The translations under genes and the position numbers were made by a program. From Lama glama (Eukaryota): a stretch of 64,000 nt of DNA. Positions 14,121 to 27,579 of the stretch are shown piece after piece. Each line of letters opens with the position of its first letter. Within the stretch, counting starts at the first letter, position 1. Location of the stretch: NCBI GenBank assembly GCA_028534125.1, contig CM052831.1:22382001-22446000 (forward strand), in the 5' to 3' direction. The notes under the pieces are model-generated. The model was not told the origin of the DNA, did not search any database, and worked only from the letters and a program-made list of their open reading frames with translations.

Positions 14121-14825
14121 TAGTAACTCCTGCCTCAGAGTGAGCCCAGAGAAGGGGTTGCTGCAGCGACAGGAGGGTGGGACTGTGAGCGTGGCTGCTG
14201 TCGGGGTGGGAGGAGCCGGGGGAGGGCACCGAGGACACGGGTGCCTGTGCTCCTGCTCCACTGGGCCGGAGCTGAGCTCCCCTCAGCAGGTGTGGCCCAG
14301 GTCTCTCAGCCTGGGTTTCTAACACAAACTCATTTTGTAGAAATGTCATTTGGTTTATCACACTTTAGAATCTTCCAGAGGTGATGGTAAACAACAGAAA
14401 AAGACCTTTAGCAACTTGGTTTCCATAACCCACACTCGAAGTGTGTTCTGGCCCTTCCTGCCAGCAGGCTTCTTTGGCTCTGAGATAGTACCTGGGGAGT
14501 GGTTTGGTGACTTGGCTTCTCAGAGAGCTCACGAGCACCACCGCCGTGCCGCATCCAGCTTTGTCAACACACTGGGCCTCAGGCCCTGAAGCCGCATGAG
14601 TCACACCCGGGCATTTGGGGATTTTAGGAAGCCCATTGGGCCGGGTGCTGTATCTTGAATTCTGGACCACGTGCCTGTTAGAGTTTGGCAGTTTAAAGCC
14701 AGAGGAGCAGACCATGGCCAGGGCAGCCCTGTGAAGCTGTGACAGCCCCCTGCCTTGACTATGGCATTCAACTCTCACTCTTGGAATGAAGGCCATCCTT
14801 GAGCCCACTCTGAACAGAGCTCTGT

Positions 14826-14973
14826 NNNNNNNNNNNNNNNNNNNNNNNNNNNNNNNNNNNNNNNNNNNNNNNNNNNNNNNNNNNNNNNNNNNNNNNNNNN
14901 NNNNNNNNNNNNNNNNNNNNNNNNNNNNNNNNNNNNNNNNNNNNNNNNNNNNNNNNNNNNNNNNNNNNNNNNN
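14826..14973. other. Assembly gap (148 N)
   Basis: Run of N. Confidence 0.99.
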
Positions 14974-17900
14974 GAGGAGGGATTTCAGGGCCATGGCTGG
15001 GGAGCTTTCTCTGCCTGGGAGGCTGCAGAGGAAGGACTCAAGCCCAGACACCAGGCTGAGGGTGGGAAGGAAACTCCACATTCTGCCCCTGACATGCAGC
15101 ACAGAGAAAGGCTGGAAGATTTTGGACTGAGCAGTGCCTCCCAGAGGGGCTTGTTGGGGGTCCCCGAGCTGTCTGTGGCAGGGGCTTGTCCTGGCGTTTT
15201 CAAGGGTGGAGGATTTAGCTCTGTTCCCTGCCACGGCCCTGGTCACCTCGCCCTCTCTGCACTCATCGTCACAGTTCTCACTCCCTCCTGCTGTCTGTGC
15301 TTTGGGGGTCTGTCCCTGAGGCACAAGGACCACTGTGTCTTGGCTGACCTTGGATTTAGCACCTGCCTCCCAGGTCCCAGCCCTTGTAGGACTGATTTTT
15401 GCCTCAAGCACAGAATATTTTAAAAACATCTTTAATAGTAAAGGTGCATTAATTCTGATTTAGTCTTATTCTTGCCCTCCGTCCAAACATCTGAGAGCCC
15501 TTATGCAATTGGGAAGGAAAATTTTTCTGGGTGGGGCGGAAGGGGAGGAAGGCCGAATTCTAGGTATTTTCAGTAAAACTGAAAAACCACTTCCTGAGTC
15601 CAGGCAACCTTGAGGGTTAGGACTGAGGGCTTTTCTCTACTCACCTCAAATGTGGAGATGCCTGGTCCCTCTCCGCAAGATTTCACAAGATGGTACATGC
15701 CAAGAGGCACTTGGAACCGTGTGAGGCACATGGCAAGTGCTCACCAAGCTTTAGCTATCTTTAAATTGTTCCTCTTTCTTCCTCTGTCTGACAGAGCTGA
15801 TTGAGCCCTCTGCCCCATCAGGGGCTTTGTGGGTCCCAAACCTGTCGGGGTATGGGACAGACAGCAGGCAATGGTGGGGACCCTCCTACTGGGTCAGCTC
15901 AGCAGGCTGTCCCTGTGAGGTCCAGGCTGGGTTCTAGACTCTTGCACGTGTCAGATGTGTTTCCTGATGGGAGGTCCAAGCCCTCTCTGCTCCCAGACAC
16001 GAAAACAAATCCACAAGGTGGGTAGAAACTAGCCTCTTTTCCTCCTTCACCCCCATGATTCCTCAGGGCATGGTGCCCAAGACCCCCGGAGCCTCAGTGC
16101 TAGAACTATCCACAGGAAGAGGCAGCCAGGCTAGCCGAAGATGTCTAGTCCAAGGCCTCGACTTTCTGTCAGGATGACTCGTTTCTTCTTTCGAGTTCCT
16201 CTGGTTCTGAAGGGGTAGCCCCAGACCCCCCTGGGCCCCCCTGGTAGCTCCCATGGTTCTGTTTTGGGGCTCTGCACAGGGTAGGCTTGTCTTAGGGATT
16301 CTTTGGCCCTGATTCCTGGCCCAGAGAGTCTTGGCACTAGATCTGGTCCTGTGCTGAGGATCTGGGGGGTTCCGGGTGGTGGCTGCTCAAGATCTGGGTT
16401 CTCACACAGACACCTGGCTTGCGGAGTCATAGGGTCGAGTTAGGAGAAGGGGTCCTTTTCCACCTGCCTCACGGATTTTCTTTCTGCCTTGGGAACCTGG
16501 ATGACTTGGGTCTCTTACTGAGAACACACACTTCCAGCTGGCATTTACTTTCTGTAGTGATAAGAGTGTGGATTGGAGGAGATGCTTGGCAGATGGGGCA
16601 TTGTGGGTATTTAGAGCAGGAGTGAACCCAAATTTATGTGTCTTAGAAAGGAGCCTCTCCTTTCTCCATTTGATGCCAATTCTGTCTCTGAATTTTCTAA
16701 GGCTGTTAAAGGGGGCTCTTGGCAGCAGGCGAATCAGATGCCAGGCACTTAGGCATCTTGGGAAAGTGTTGGTTTCCTGGGGCCCAGACTCCTAACACAT
16801 TGGCTGTCCTTGCCCTGGGCTCAGGGCATCTGTTGTGGTTGAGATGTGCCTCTTAATGTGCTGGGGGCTCTCGCATCGTGACACCTGGCTGAATAGCTGG
16901 CCATCCACGGTCTCCTTCATCCACGTGAATGAGAGCCTGGTGAGAAACACCCTGATGAGAAGCACAGGAAAGCAGACCCTCTCCCAGCACCTTCCTGCCT
17001 GGTTTGACCATGATTGGGCCTGGCAGGGCCTGGGCTTTGGGGGCTGACTTAGGAACAGTGGGATCATGTTTCCTGGGACTTTCTTGGCAGCACATTTCTG
17101 TGTAGTTCCCTTGGGATGATTCATTCCTGCCCCGTTTGCTGTGCAGAGGAGAAACTTGAGCCTGAAGGTCACCTACTGGTGAGTGGCCCAGGCCCCGATC
17201 AAGGCCATGCCCCTCAGTCTCAGCCTTTTTGTTAGCAAAACTAAGAGACCCTTGACTGGAAAAGAACAAGAGGTATTCTCCCCATTTCTCAGTTGGAAAA
17301 AGGATCCTAGCATCCTCAGCCGCTGAGACAGATACCCAAGCCCTAGAGTCTGGTGACTCAGAAATACAGCTGTCTGTCACTTTTGTGGGTGTGCACTTGT
17401 GTGGAGCCCTGGCAGCACTGCCTCACAGCCTCTGGTGTCTGCATACCCATTACCATCGGTAAAATTTGACTCCCCACTGCATGTCCCTGTTATTCCTGCC
17501 ACCAAGACCCCAAGGTTCCTCTTCTATGAGGCATCTCTAGATCTCCTGCATGGCCTGGGGCTGGGCACAGTACAGGTGAACAATAAGAGACCTGGCTGGC
17601 CACGGCCTGGCACTTCCTGGGATGGGGACAGCAATCTTACAAGGATGGCTGTCCTGGAAAGGGTTCTTGGGCAGCCCTGCTAGGGAGGTGGATGATGCTG
17701 GAAACTTCTGGCTCTGGGAGCCACTTTAAGAGCTTGGCTGGCAGTAAGAGCTGTATTGCTCCTGTATCCTGTTCCAAGCTGAGCTAGGGCCTGGCTGGAT
17801 ATGGCGCATCTCTCCTGTAACCTCAGGCAAGTCATCTGGATTCTCTGTACCCTGATTTCTCTCTATCGGCCTACATTACTCCTTTGGGTATTTTCCATTT

Positions 17901-18538
17901 TACAGGCTCACTCGGCAGAAGACCATCCTGCGGGGGGTCGAGGGGAGCAGGGCAGCTGCAGCGGCCTTTGCTACCTCTGGGTGACAGAGGCCGTCAGACA
18001 AGATGCCTCACTTCACAGTGGACTGCATTTTCCCACCTGTGCTCTGGGTTTCTTGTTTTCCATGGAAAAACAGAAGAGACTAGAAATTTAAAAGATTCAA
18101 TATTTGTTACCAAATTACAATTCTTAAAGAAAGTTTCCTGCTTGAAACAGCATCCTTGGGCAGTAGCTGGTGGGTGACTTGGCTGAGAATAGTCTAAGAG
18201 CACCAGAGATTCCGATGCCTCTGCTAGGGGTCACAGTTGGGGCTGGGCCCTTCCTGCCGACCTGTTGTGTTCAGTCCTGGGAAGCAGGCAGGATCCCTTC
18301 TCCTTTTCCCTTCAGAGGCTACAACTGATTTACCGGGAGATGGGTCAGGGCTGCTACCAGGCACATGTTAAATAATTACGGTGTTTACCAGAATAGAGGG
18401 GTTGCCTTTGGCAAAACAAGAACAATGTTTGCAGAAATGAATCAGGAGGAGTTACTGGGCTTCCAGGCAGTGGGGAAACGCAGTGTAGTGAGGAGATGGG
18501 CCTTTTAATGTTTCACAATCATTGCAGTAAGCCTCTTA

Positions 18539-18683
18539 GATTGGTTCTTAACTGTTTGTGTGCATCAGAATCACCCTGCAGACTTGTTAAAACTCAGCTT
18601 GCTCCCTCCCCAGAGGGTCTGATTCAGTAAGGAATTTACATTTCTAACAAATTTCTAGGTGATGCTGATGCTGCTGGTCCAGG
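18539..18683. mobile_element. MER5A-like hAT-Charlie DNA transposon
   Basis: gcatcagaatcacc...cttgttaaaa...ctgattcagta...atttctaacaa...aggtgatgctgatgctgctggtcc. Confidence 0.85.
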
Positions 18684-18803
18684 TAAAGATGAAAAACTTA
18701 AATAATAAAAAAAAATGTGATGGTTAAGGGATGGGGAAATAGACTGGTGCAATCTTCATATAGGACAATATCTACAAAAGTATTAATATGTATTCCCTCC
18801 CCC

Positions 18804-19034
18804 TTTTTAAAAATTGAGGTGAATTTCACATAACATAAAATCAACCTTTTTCTAAAGTAAGCAATTTAGTGCATTCACCATATTGTGCAACCACCATTTA
18901 TATCTAGTTCCAAAACGTTATCACTCCAAAATAAAACTCCGTATTCATTTAAGCAGTTACTTTCCATTCCCCACTTCCCCAGTCCCTGGCAGCCACCAGT
19001 CTGCCTTCTTTTTCTGTAGATTTAATTATTCTGA
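18804..19034 (-). mobile_element. Old L1 (L1MB-like) 3' end fragment
   Basis: ttgaggtgaatttcacataacataaaatcaacc...ttgtgcaaccacca...tagttccaaaac...ccctggcagccaccagtctg. Confidence 0.8.
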
Positions 19035-20584
19035 GCTTCACTCTGGAATTCAGAGGAAACCGGAACACCCTGGTGTCAGCTCTGTGTGCATCTGGACACA
19101 CCTGGTGCATAAACCTGAGCACACACACACTTTTGAGAGCTCTTTTATCTCTTTCAAGGGTCTCAGAACTGTTCTGGGCTTCCTTTCCCACTGGCAGCCA
19201 AAGCGTGGGTTCAGGGTCAGTGGAGATTCCACAGTTGCACATGGGGAGTGAGCCCAATCGCAGGACCGTGGGGTCCTGACATTGTGGTGCTTTACTTCAA
19301 GGTACACGTGGCCCCAGGCAGGGCAGGCTGCATGCCTCAGAGTGCCTTTATTTCAGCCCTGGGGCCACCGCTGTGATGCTGCCCTTTTGGTGACAGCGAT
19401 GATGAGCATCTACATGCCTGGTCAGGCCACGCTGACAAGTCCCCTCTCAAAGGGCAGCCAGCTGAGGTCATGCATGTGGAGCAGAGAGGGTGGGCTAGAA
19501 CTGAGGCCACAGGCATCTGAGAGTCTTTCTTTCTTTCTTTCTTTCTTTTTGGTTCCACGCTGCTTTCAAACCCAGAAACCTGAAAATGGAAGAAATGAGC
19601 CACAAGTGGAAATAGACCCCATTGCTCAAATCTGACTCTGATTCTTTGGCCCACATCCCCTGTTCTCTAGTGGAGCTGTACTCATTCTTTTAGTCTGTTT
19701 CCAGATGGCTCCTCCTTCACGCAGCCTTCCCTGGAAGGGCAGCAGGTCATGACTTCGTTCTGCTCTGCCTGCCCAGAGGCTCTGCTGCTGGAGCAGCCCC
19801 TCTTCTGTGGCCAGCTCTTCGCAGGCCTGCCTTGTTTCTCTGGAGAGCTGGGACCTTGGTCTCCCCGTCGTGGCCAGTATACATCTGGAACACAGAATGC
19901 TCAGGAATTCAGAGCGCAGTGGGCACATGCGTGCTGTCTGTGGGCAGCGTGGGCTGTGTGTGTGAGGCTAGAGGCCGGCTCCCGCTCTTTCCTTTTGGCA
20001 TTTTTGATGGTCCCAGGAAACCACCTTCTGGCCTGGTTTGGCAGTGTGGGGGCAGGTGGCGTGGGCTTTGTCTGGCAGTGGAGGGTGGGAAAATCCATGT
20101 GTCTGGACTAGAAGTTTTAGTCCTTGTTTTCTTTTTCAATGGGAAGAAGCCCTTTGCAGCTTATATTTTCCAGATTGGATGGCAGCATTGCCCATGTGGT
20201 GGTGTAAGGGTGTTGGATAATGCTTGTGTTTATGTTCTCATTGGTTACCATGGAAAAAAATCAGAATAGATCGTTTCCATGGAGATTATCTTAAAATTAG
20301 TTTCTTTGAAGGTCCGGACATTGCTGCAGGGTTCACTGAAGGCTCTGGATGCCATCCGCCTTTCTCTACGGCAGTGCCAAAGGCTAGTGTGAACATGCAT
20401 GGATTCAGACGAATTCGCCTCCTATGCTGACAATGCCAGTCCCACTGAGGGGTGGGGGTTGGTCCTGTACCTCAGCTGCCTCTGGGACCCACTTGCCCGG
20501 CCTCGGCTCCGCAGTTCATTCCTGCAGTTCATTCCAGTCACTTGGGAGCTTATTTTTTTTTTTAATTCAACAAAACAAAACCTC

Positions 20585-20865
20585 TCTATTGGGGAAATTT
20601 TCAAGCTAACGCAAAGTCAAGAGGATAATATGACCCCCACCCCCGTGTACCCTGTACCTAGCTTCAGCATTTTGCCAATCTTATTTCATTCATCTCCCAC
20701 ATTTTTTAGAAGAGCTGGAGAGCTTTTTTGTTTGTTTAATCCCAGATAACATTATTTTACCCTAAATATAGACTTTTCTTGGTTAAATAACTGCAGTGCT
20801 CTTATCACATCCAACAAAATTAATAATTCCTTAATATAAGATGCCTAGTCTGTGTTCACATTTTT
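20585..20865 (-). mobile_element. Old L1 (L1MC-like) 3' fragment
   Basis: gaaattttcaag...cattttgccaatctt...aatcccaga...ttatcacatccaacaaaattaataattccttaatat. Confidence 0.6.
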
Positions 20866-21799
20866 CTGCATTGTGTAGAGATCGTTGTTTTGTGCTCTTT
20901 GTTCAAATAAAGATGTGGGAGGCTTTGAGGAAACCCATCTCTTCCCTCTTCACCACAATTCTGGAGCGTGGAGAGGTCAAGCCACAGTTGGGCCAGAGGC
21001 AGGCGGACCCTTGGGGCTGCCCCCTCCCTCTGTCCTCAGGGATGGCTGTGCACTCTGAGCTCCATCCAGGACGCCTCTGTTCCAGCCGGGAGATGTGTCA
21101 GCGCAGGTGCACCAGCCACAGCCAGCTGTCCCAGGCTGGCATCCTCTGGGGTGCGCTGTCCCTCTTTGCAGCCTGCGGCCCGCAGGGAGGGAGAGAGAGA
21201 GGTGATGTAACCTTGACTCACAACAGCTGTGTGCAACTTCAGTTTCCAGGAAGGGGAGGCTGTGAGACCCTGGGGTCAGAGGAGGCAGCCTCCCTCACCT
21301 CCTCCCTGGGCAGCACTGAAGTGAGGACTTTGGCCCATTGGAAGCCTGCTGCCTCTCTGGGGCAAGCAGAGCCAGTCCTGGTTCTCTGTCTTGGCAGGCT
21401 TTGCTCGTGTCCTGAGATGCTGCACAAAATATGAATTGCCAAGCTTGGGAGTGGTGCCCGGGTATGGTCAGTGCCTCTAACACTCTCTATTGAACTAAGT
21501 GCAAGGAGAGTTTAAAATAGCTAGCCTTTGTTCCCGAGGTTTTAAAAATTCAACTCCAGTAGTTACAATGAGCTGTCTTCAAGTGGATCTATAAATAAAC
21601 TGCTACTGTTCCTCTTTGTCACCGAGAGCTTCGGCATCTTCCAGAGACGTCGGCTCTGCCGCTCATCTTCATTAGATGCCTCTCATCTGTGGGGCAGCTG
21701 CAGCCATCAGCAAGCTGGGCTGACACGCAGAGTTTGTAATGACAGCCACACGTTCCCTTTTAAAAAGCCACAGCCCCCCAAGATTAACTACACAGAGAA

Positions 21800-22352
21800 A
21801 GATGAAAGATGTAGCTTTGCATTAGAGAAACCTGACAGAGGTCAACCTCACCTGTCTCCATGAGTCCCACGATGTCAGGCACGTGGCTTTTATGGTGTTC
21901 TTGTCAAAAATTGCATCACTCCCATCCAGTCATGAGAAACGTCAGACAGACCCAAGCTGAGGGACACTTGACAACATAACTGATCAGCACTCTTCAAAAG
22001 TGTCAAGATCATGAAAGACAAAGGAAAACCAAGGAACTGACACAGATTGCAGAAAACAAAGGAGAAAGAGCTAAATGCAGTGGGAGATCCTGGGTAGGAT
22101 TCTGGAACATCAGGATCCAAGGACATTAATAGAAAAATTGGTGAAGCTCAGGTGGAGCCCTTCCTTAGTGTGGTTAATGGAATTGTCCCGATGTTAACTT
22201 CCTGGTGTGACCATTGTACTGATGGTTATGTAAGATGGTAACTCTGGGAGAGCCTGGGGGAGGGAGATATGGAAATTTCCTGTACTATTTTTTGCAACTT
22301 TTCTCTAAGTCTAAAAGTAGTTCAAAGCAGTTTAATTTAAAAAAAAAAAAAA
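21800..22352 (+). mobile_element. L1MC-like LINE 3' end with poly(A) remnant
   Basis: catgagaaacgtcagacagacccaag...ctcttcaaaagtgtcaagatcatgaaagacaaag...ctgtactattttttgcaacttttct...aagtctaaaa followed by an A run. Confidence 0.8.
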
Positions 22353-23179
22353 ACCACACACACAAAAACTACAGTCAACACTTGAGCTTTATCAGAAGCC
22401 TTGATCTCCCTCCCAGGGTGTCTCAGTTTAGGTGTCTGTGGTGGGGCTGGTAGGTGTTCCTGTCTCGAGGCAGGAGGTAGACAGCCTGGAAGGGGGCCCT
22501 CGCGAACATGTGTGGAACTGAACTGTTGAGGAGCCGGCCCTCCGGAAAGCAGGTTGTGTGCAAAGGGAATGCTGTTACAAAGGTGTTGGTCACCAGCATG
22601 GGGACCGCAGTGCGGTGGTGTCTGCTTGGCAATGTGGTTGTTTCTCCCATGCTCCCAAGGTGCATTTGCTCCAGGAACTTGGGGCGCAGCAGATGCTCTC
22701 CAGCATTGCCTCCTCCCAAGGCTCCCCTGGGCTGTGTGGAGCACCCCCTCACCCTGCCCTGCCCTGTTTCTCCTCGTCTGAGTCCCTGACCCTTGGGCTC
22801 TAGCCTTGCTGCCAACCAGTGTGTGTTTCTGGCTGAACCAAGCGTGGTGACCTGGAGGGCTTCAGCCCCTAAAGGCCTGGGATGATTTTCCTCTGTCCTC
22901 AGAATCAGGAGGGCTGTCCTCTATGCAGAGGACGTTCTCGATGCATGAGAGTCTGCTTTCTCATGCTAGCCACCAGTTCAGTTCCTCAGCCTTCCTTTCC
23001 CCATTCCATCCCCGCTCCTTTCTGCCCATAGCTTCCCTCATATGGGTGTGTCCTTTCAGTAGGACAGTCCTCCCCCACCCTCCTTTTTTCTCCTGGGGGC
23101 ATATTTGGACATTGGAATGACTTTCCATTTCCTGCTTGCCAAGGCAGTTCTTTCATGCCTTTAAAACATTTGGCTTTAT

Positions 23180-23345
23180 TTTTTTTTTGACTTTTTTTTT
23201 TAAATTTATTGAAGTACAGTCAATTACAATGTGTCTTTCTCTGGTGTACAGCACAGTGTCCCAGTCATGCATATACATACATATATTCATTTTCATTTTT
23301 TTCCATTAAAAGTTATTACAAGATATTGAACATAGTTCCCTGTGG
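23180..23345 (-). mobile_element. Young, severely 5'-truncated L1 (3' UTR tail only) with 16-bp target-site duplication
   Basis: Poly(T) at the left end and cetartiodactyl-type L1 3' UTR sequence. Perfect direct repeats AAACATTTGGCTTTAT at 23164-23179 and 23346-23361. Confidence 0.85.
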
Positions 23346-26300
23346 AAACATTTGGCTTTATAAGTCAGCCCTCTTGTCTGTGGGGAAATGCGTGGAAATC
23401 CTCAGCGAGTTTGGCTGCGGGGTCAGCAGGAGACAGCTGGGGGTGGAGCCCAGGGGTGGCTGACAGAGCCCTGATGTGGGGTCTCCGTCTGGCTTTGGGC
23501 CTGAGCGAGGAGATGGGGGTTCCTTGGTTTGTGCATTTAACACCTCCCACATGCCCAGGAGGTCTGAGACAGGTGTACTAGGATGACAGGGACAGCTGTG
23601 GTCCTGGGGTCTGGACGGCACTGGTTCTGTACAGAGTCCTGGGTTGGGCACGTGGATCCCTCACCCTCCACGTTAGACCCATCCTTAAACCCCTTTACAG
23701 TTTGTAGTTCCAAGGACACCCTGTCTGTGTGGAGGCACCCTGCATAGTCATACTCTGGGTAGAAGCCAATAGCAGTAACCAAACCCCATACTCATACTTG
23801 GACTGGCTTGGAAGAACATTCGTAAGACTGCCGAACAATTAGATGATTTTAAGAAACCAGAATTCATCTTGGGCTCAGGGCTATGTTTAGAACCAGAAGT
23901 TTCCCCTCTTGTTAGTCTCCCGGCCGGAACCCTAAATTATAGGGCAAACAAGGCCGTAGTATCTCTAGTCCACAAATATATGGGGAGAATACAGTACCAG
24001 GTTTCTTTTGAGCTTTGATTTGAGGAAACAGCTGTGCCTATTTCCACTTGACAAGCTGGAGCTGAGAGGAGCCCAAGTGAACTCTGCCCTGTCCCCGCTC
24101 TCCTCATCAGGGCTGGTTTAGCAAACAGGGAGGAGGCAGACTGGATGCCTGTTAACTCTCCGTGAGGCAAATTGTCAAAGCCAAAGGCCTGAGGTGCAGG
24201 CTAAGAAACGTCTGTGTCCGTGAAGCTCCACATCCTCAGCAGACTACGTGATGAACAGTTTGATGAAAGATGAAGTTGAAAAGACATAATCGTGTGTGTC
24301 TGTCCATTTCTTCCAGTTTTGCGCTAAGGGTCTATACTGTATACTAGGAGGGTACTAGTGAGACAGCCCAGATCTGGGGCCTGGGTCACCGTCCTCTCCT
24401 CTCTCTGGCCAGACTCAGACCATGGACCAGTTGCTGGTTGCTTTTGTCTGTTACAGAGTTTCAGTTTCTGGAGCAAGCTGGGCAGGGGGCAAGGTCCAGT
24501 GTTAGAGATTAATAGAAAAGGAGAAATTTCCATCTTGAGCAGGTGTTAATAATTGACCACCCCACTCAACTAGAGGGGGGCATTCTGTCAAGTCAGCTCG
24601 TGACATCTTTATGGTAAAACTCCAGCCACTGCTGGCTGTTGGCCAGGTGCGTGCAGACCTCACTTGCTCGTGACTGTCGGGCTGTGTATAGGCCCCTAAG
24701 CAGCTGAGTCCTGAAGTTCCATGGACTGGGCCACTGCCGCTTGGGAAACCCTGCCTGGGACATCTGCTGACAACTGGGGAGTCACTGAAATGTGACTCTG
24801 GCCCTTCAGCATCTGGAAGCCGTCATCCCCAGACCAGTGGTGGACCTCACGGGCCTCACCTGTGGTCTTCAACCTTGGGTTTTGCCCACTGGTAATGTCC
24901 TGTGGAGAAGCAGTGATTTTCACCTTGAGTGCAGAATGGCAGTGATACGTAGTGTCAAGTGCAGTGTCACGATGGGCAGGTGGGGGTCCTAGGGGCATTT
25001 CAGTTGTAACTGCACCTTTTTAAAGTCAGGTTTATTAGTATACAAATAGTAACATTCACCATTTTAGAAAGTGAACCATTCTGTGTGATCGCCGTCATGA
25101 TCAAGTTATAGAATCTTCCCATCAGCCCCCAAAATTCCTTTGTTCCTCTTTGTAGTCAATCCACTCCTTCCACCTCCAGCTCCACGCAACTGTTAATATG
25201 CTTTCTGTCACTGTAGATGAGTTTGCAGTTTTCAGAATTTGATATAAATGAAATCATGTAGTTACATATGTATTTTGGGGGGAATCTGGTTTCTTTCAGC
25301 CTAATTATTTCGAGAGTCACCCATGTTGTTACATGTATCAATAGTTCACTTCTACTTATTTCTGAGTACTTTTCCATCAGACAGATAAACAATTTTTTAT
25401 TTGCCTGTTCATGTTTGGGTTATTTTCAATTGGGGGCTATTACAAATAAAGCTGCTGTTAATTTCTACATAAATATCTTTCTATGGACATACGTTTCCAT
25501 TTGTCTTGGATAAATACCTAGGAGTGGAATGGCTGCAACATATAATAGGTATATGTTTAACCTTTTTTTTTTAAATGTTTAATCTTTTAAGTAACTGTCA
25601 AACTGTCTTATGGTTATAACATCTTACATTCTCCCTAGCAGTGTATAAGAGTTCAAGTTTCTCCACTTCCTCGCCAGCACTTGAGGTGATCAGTCTTTTT
25701 AACTTTAGATCATTGTAATAGGTATATAATGGTATCTCACTATGATTATAACTTGAATTTTTCTAATGACAAATAATGTAGAGCATCTTTTTACAAGTTT
25801 GCCTGCCATCTTTATATGTTCTTTGGTGAAGTGACTGTTCAAATCTTTTGCCTTTTTTTTTTTTTTAACGTTGTTTGTCGTATTGGATTTTGAAAGTTGT
25901 TGTATATTCTGGATATAAGTCCTTTACCAGTTATGTGACTTGCAAATATTTTCTCTCAGTCTGTGGTTTGTGTTTTCATAACAGCGTCTTTCAGAGAGGA
26001 GATGTTTTGAATTTTGATGGAGTTCATTTTATCAACTTTTCTCTTTTCGGATCACACTCTGGGTGTCATATCTAAGAAATCTTCACCTGACCCAAGGTCA
26101 CAAAGGTTTCTCCATTTTAGAAGAAAAATATATACCAGTATTATAGTTTGAGAGTTTACATTTAGGTCTGTGAACCATTTGGAGTTACTTTTTGTGTATG
26201 GTGTGAATGTACTGAGGTTCTTTTTTTTTTTTTTTTCCAATGGATATCCAGTTGTTCCAGCAATCGGTGAAAATACTGTCTTTTCTCCACTAAGTTGTAT

Positions 26301-26545
26301 GTGTACCTTTGTTACAAATTAATTGACCCAATATGTGTGGGTCTATTTCTGACTCTATTTGTTCATTGATCTATGTGTATATCCTTTCACCAGTACCACA
26401 CTGTCTTGATTTCTATAGCTTTAGACTGTCTTTAAATCAGGTAATGTGAGTCTTCTAATTTTGTTTTCCCTTTCAAAATTGTTTTGGCTTTTCTAGTTCC
26501 TTTGCCTTTCCATATAAATTTTAGAGTCAGCTTTTTGATTTCTTT

Positions 26546-26965
26546 TTCTTTTTTTTTATTTTCNNNNNNNNNNNNNNNNNNNNNNNNNNNNNNNNNNNNN
26601 NNNNNNNNNNNNNNNNNNNNNNNNNNNNNNNNNNNNNNNNNNNNNNNNNNNNNNNNNNNNNNNGCACAATTTTTCAGTCATTCATGGACATATACACACT
26701 CACTGTCACATTTTTTTCTCTGTGAGTTATCATAACATTTTGTGTATATTTCCCTGTGCTATACAGTGTAATCTTGTTTATCTATTCTACAATTTTGAAA
26801 TCCCAGTCTATCCCTTCCCACCCTCCACCCCCCTGGTAACCACAAGTCTGTATTCTCTGTCTATGAGTCTATTTCTGTCCTGTATTTATGCTTTGTTTTT
26901 GTTTGTTTGTTTTTGTTTTTGTTTTTTAGATTCCACATATGAGCGATCTCATATGGTATTTTTCT
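26546..26965 (-). mobile_element. Young truncated L1 3' UTR nested in the older L1, 17-bp target-site duplication, contains an assembly gap
   Basis: AGCTTTTTGATTTCTTT at 26529-26545 and 26966-26982, poly(T) on the left, L1 3' UTR motifs ttccctgtgctatacagt and ttttagattccacatatgag. Confidence 0.85.
26564..26663. other. Assembly gap (100 N; true size probably unknown)
   Basis: Run of exactly 100 N next to a poly(T) tract. Confidence 0.99.
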
Positions 26966-27152
26966 AGCTTTTTGATTTCTTTAGATGATTTTGGGGGAAA
27001 TATTGATCTCTTAACAACATTGAGTCTTCAATACATGAACATGATGTATCTCTTTGTTGATATTATTAATCTTTGATTTTTCTCGTCAGTGTATTATCGT
27101 TTTCAGCACACAGATTTTGTACATATGATGTAGAGTTCTATCTAAGCATTTT

Positions 27153-27579
27153 TGTAATGGGTTGAACGGTGCCTCCCCCCCAAAAAATGTCCATGTCTTA
27201 ACCCCCAGAACCTGTGAATGTGACTTTACTTGGGAAAAGGGTCTTTGCTTATGTAATTAAGGATCTCAAGATTAGATCATCCTGGATTATTAGGTTGGCT
27301 CTAAATCCAGTGACAGGTGTTCTTACAAGAGACACAGAGAGAAGAGAAGGCCCTGTGAAGATGGAGGCAGAGAGCAGAGTTACTCAGCGATAAGCCAAGG
27401 AATCCTGGAGCCACCAGAAACTGAAATGGATTCCTTTTTGGTGCTTCCAGAGGGAACGTGGCCCTTTTGAAATCTTAATTTCAGACTTATGGCCTCCAGA
27501 ACTCTGAGAGAATACATTTCTCTTGTTTTAAGCCACCAAGTGTGACAGTTTTTTAGACAGCTCTAGGAAACTGATAACA
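27153..27579 (+). mobile_element. MLT1 (MLT1C/D-like) ERVL-MaLR solo LTR
   Basis: Begins TGTAATGGGTTGAA and ends CTAGGAAACTGATAACA. Internal gtgaagatggaggcagag, aagccaaggaa and ggcctccagaact...gagagaata...ttttaagccacc motifs. Confidence 0.9.

Noticed and set aside
14365-15429. 354-aa minus-strand ORF (and the overlapping 14786..15130 plus ORF)
   Set aside because: The length is an artefact of reading through the 148-N gap; no recognisable homology.
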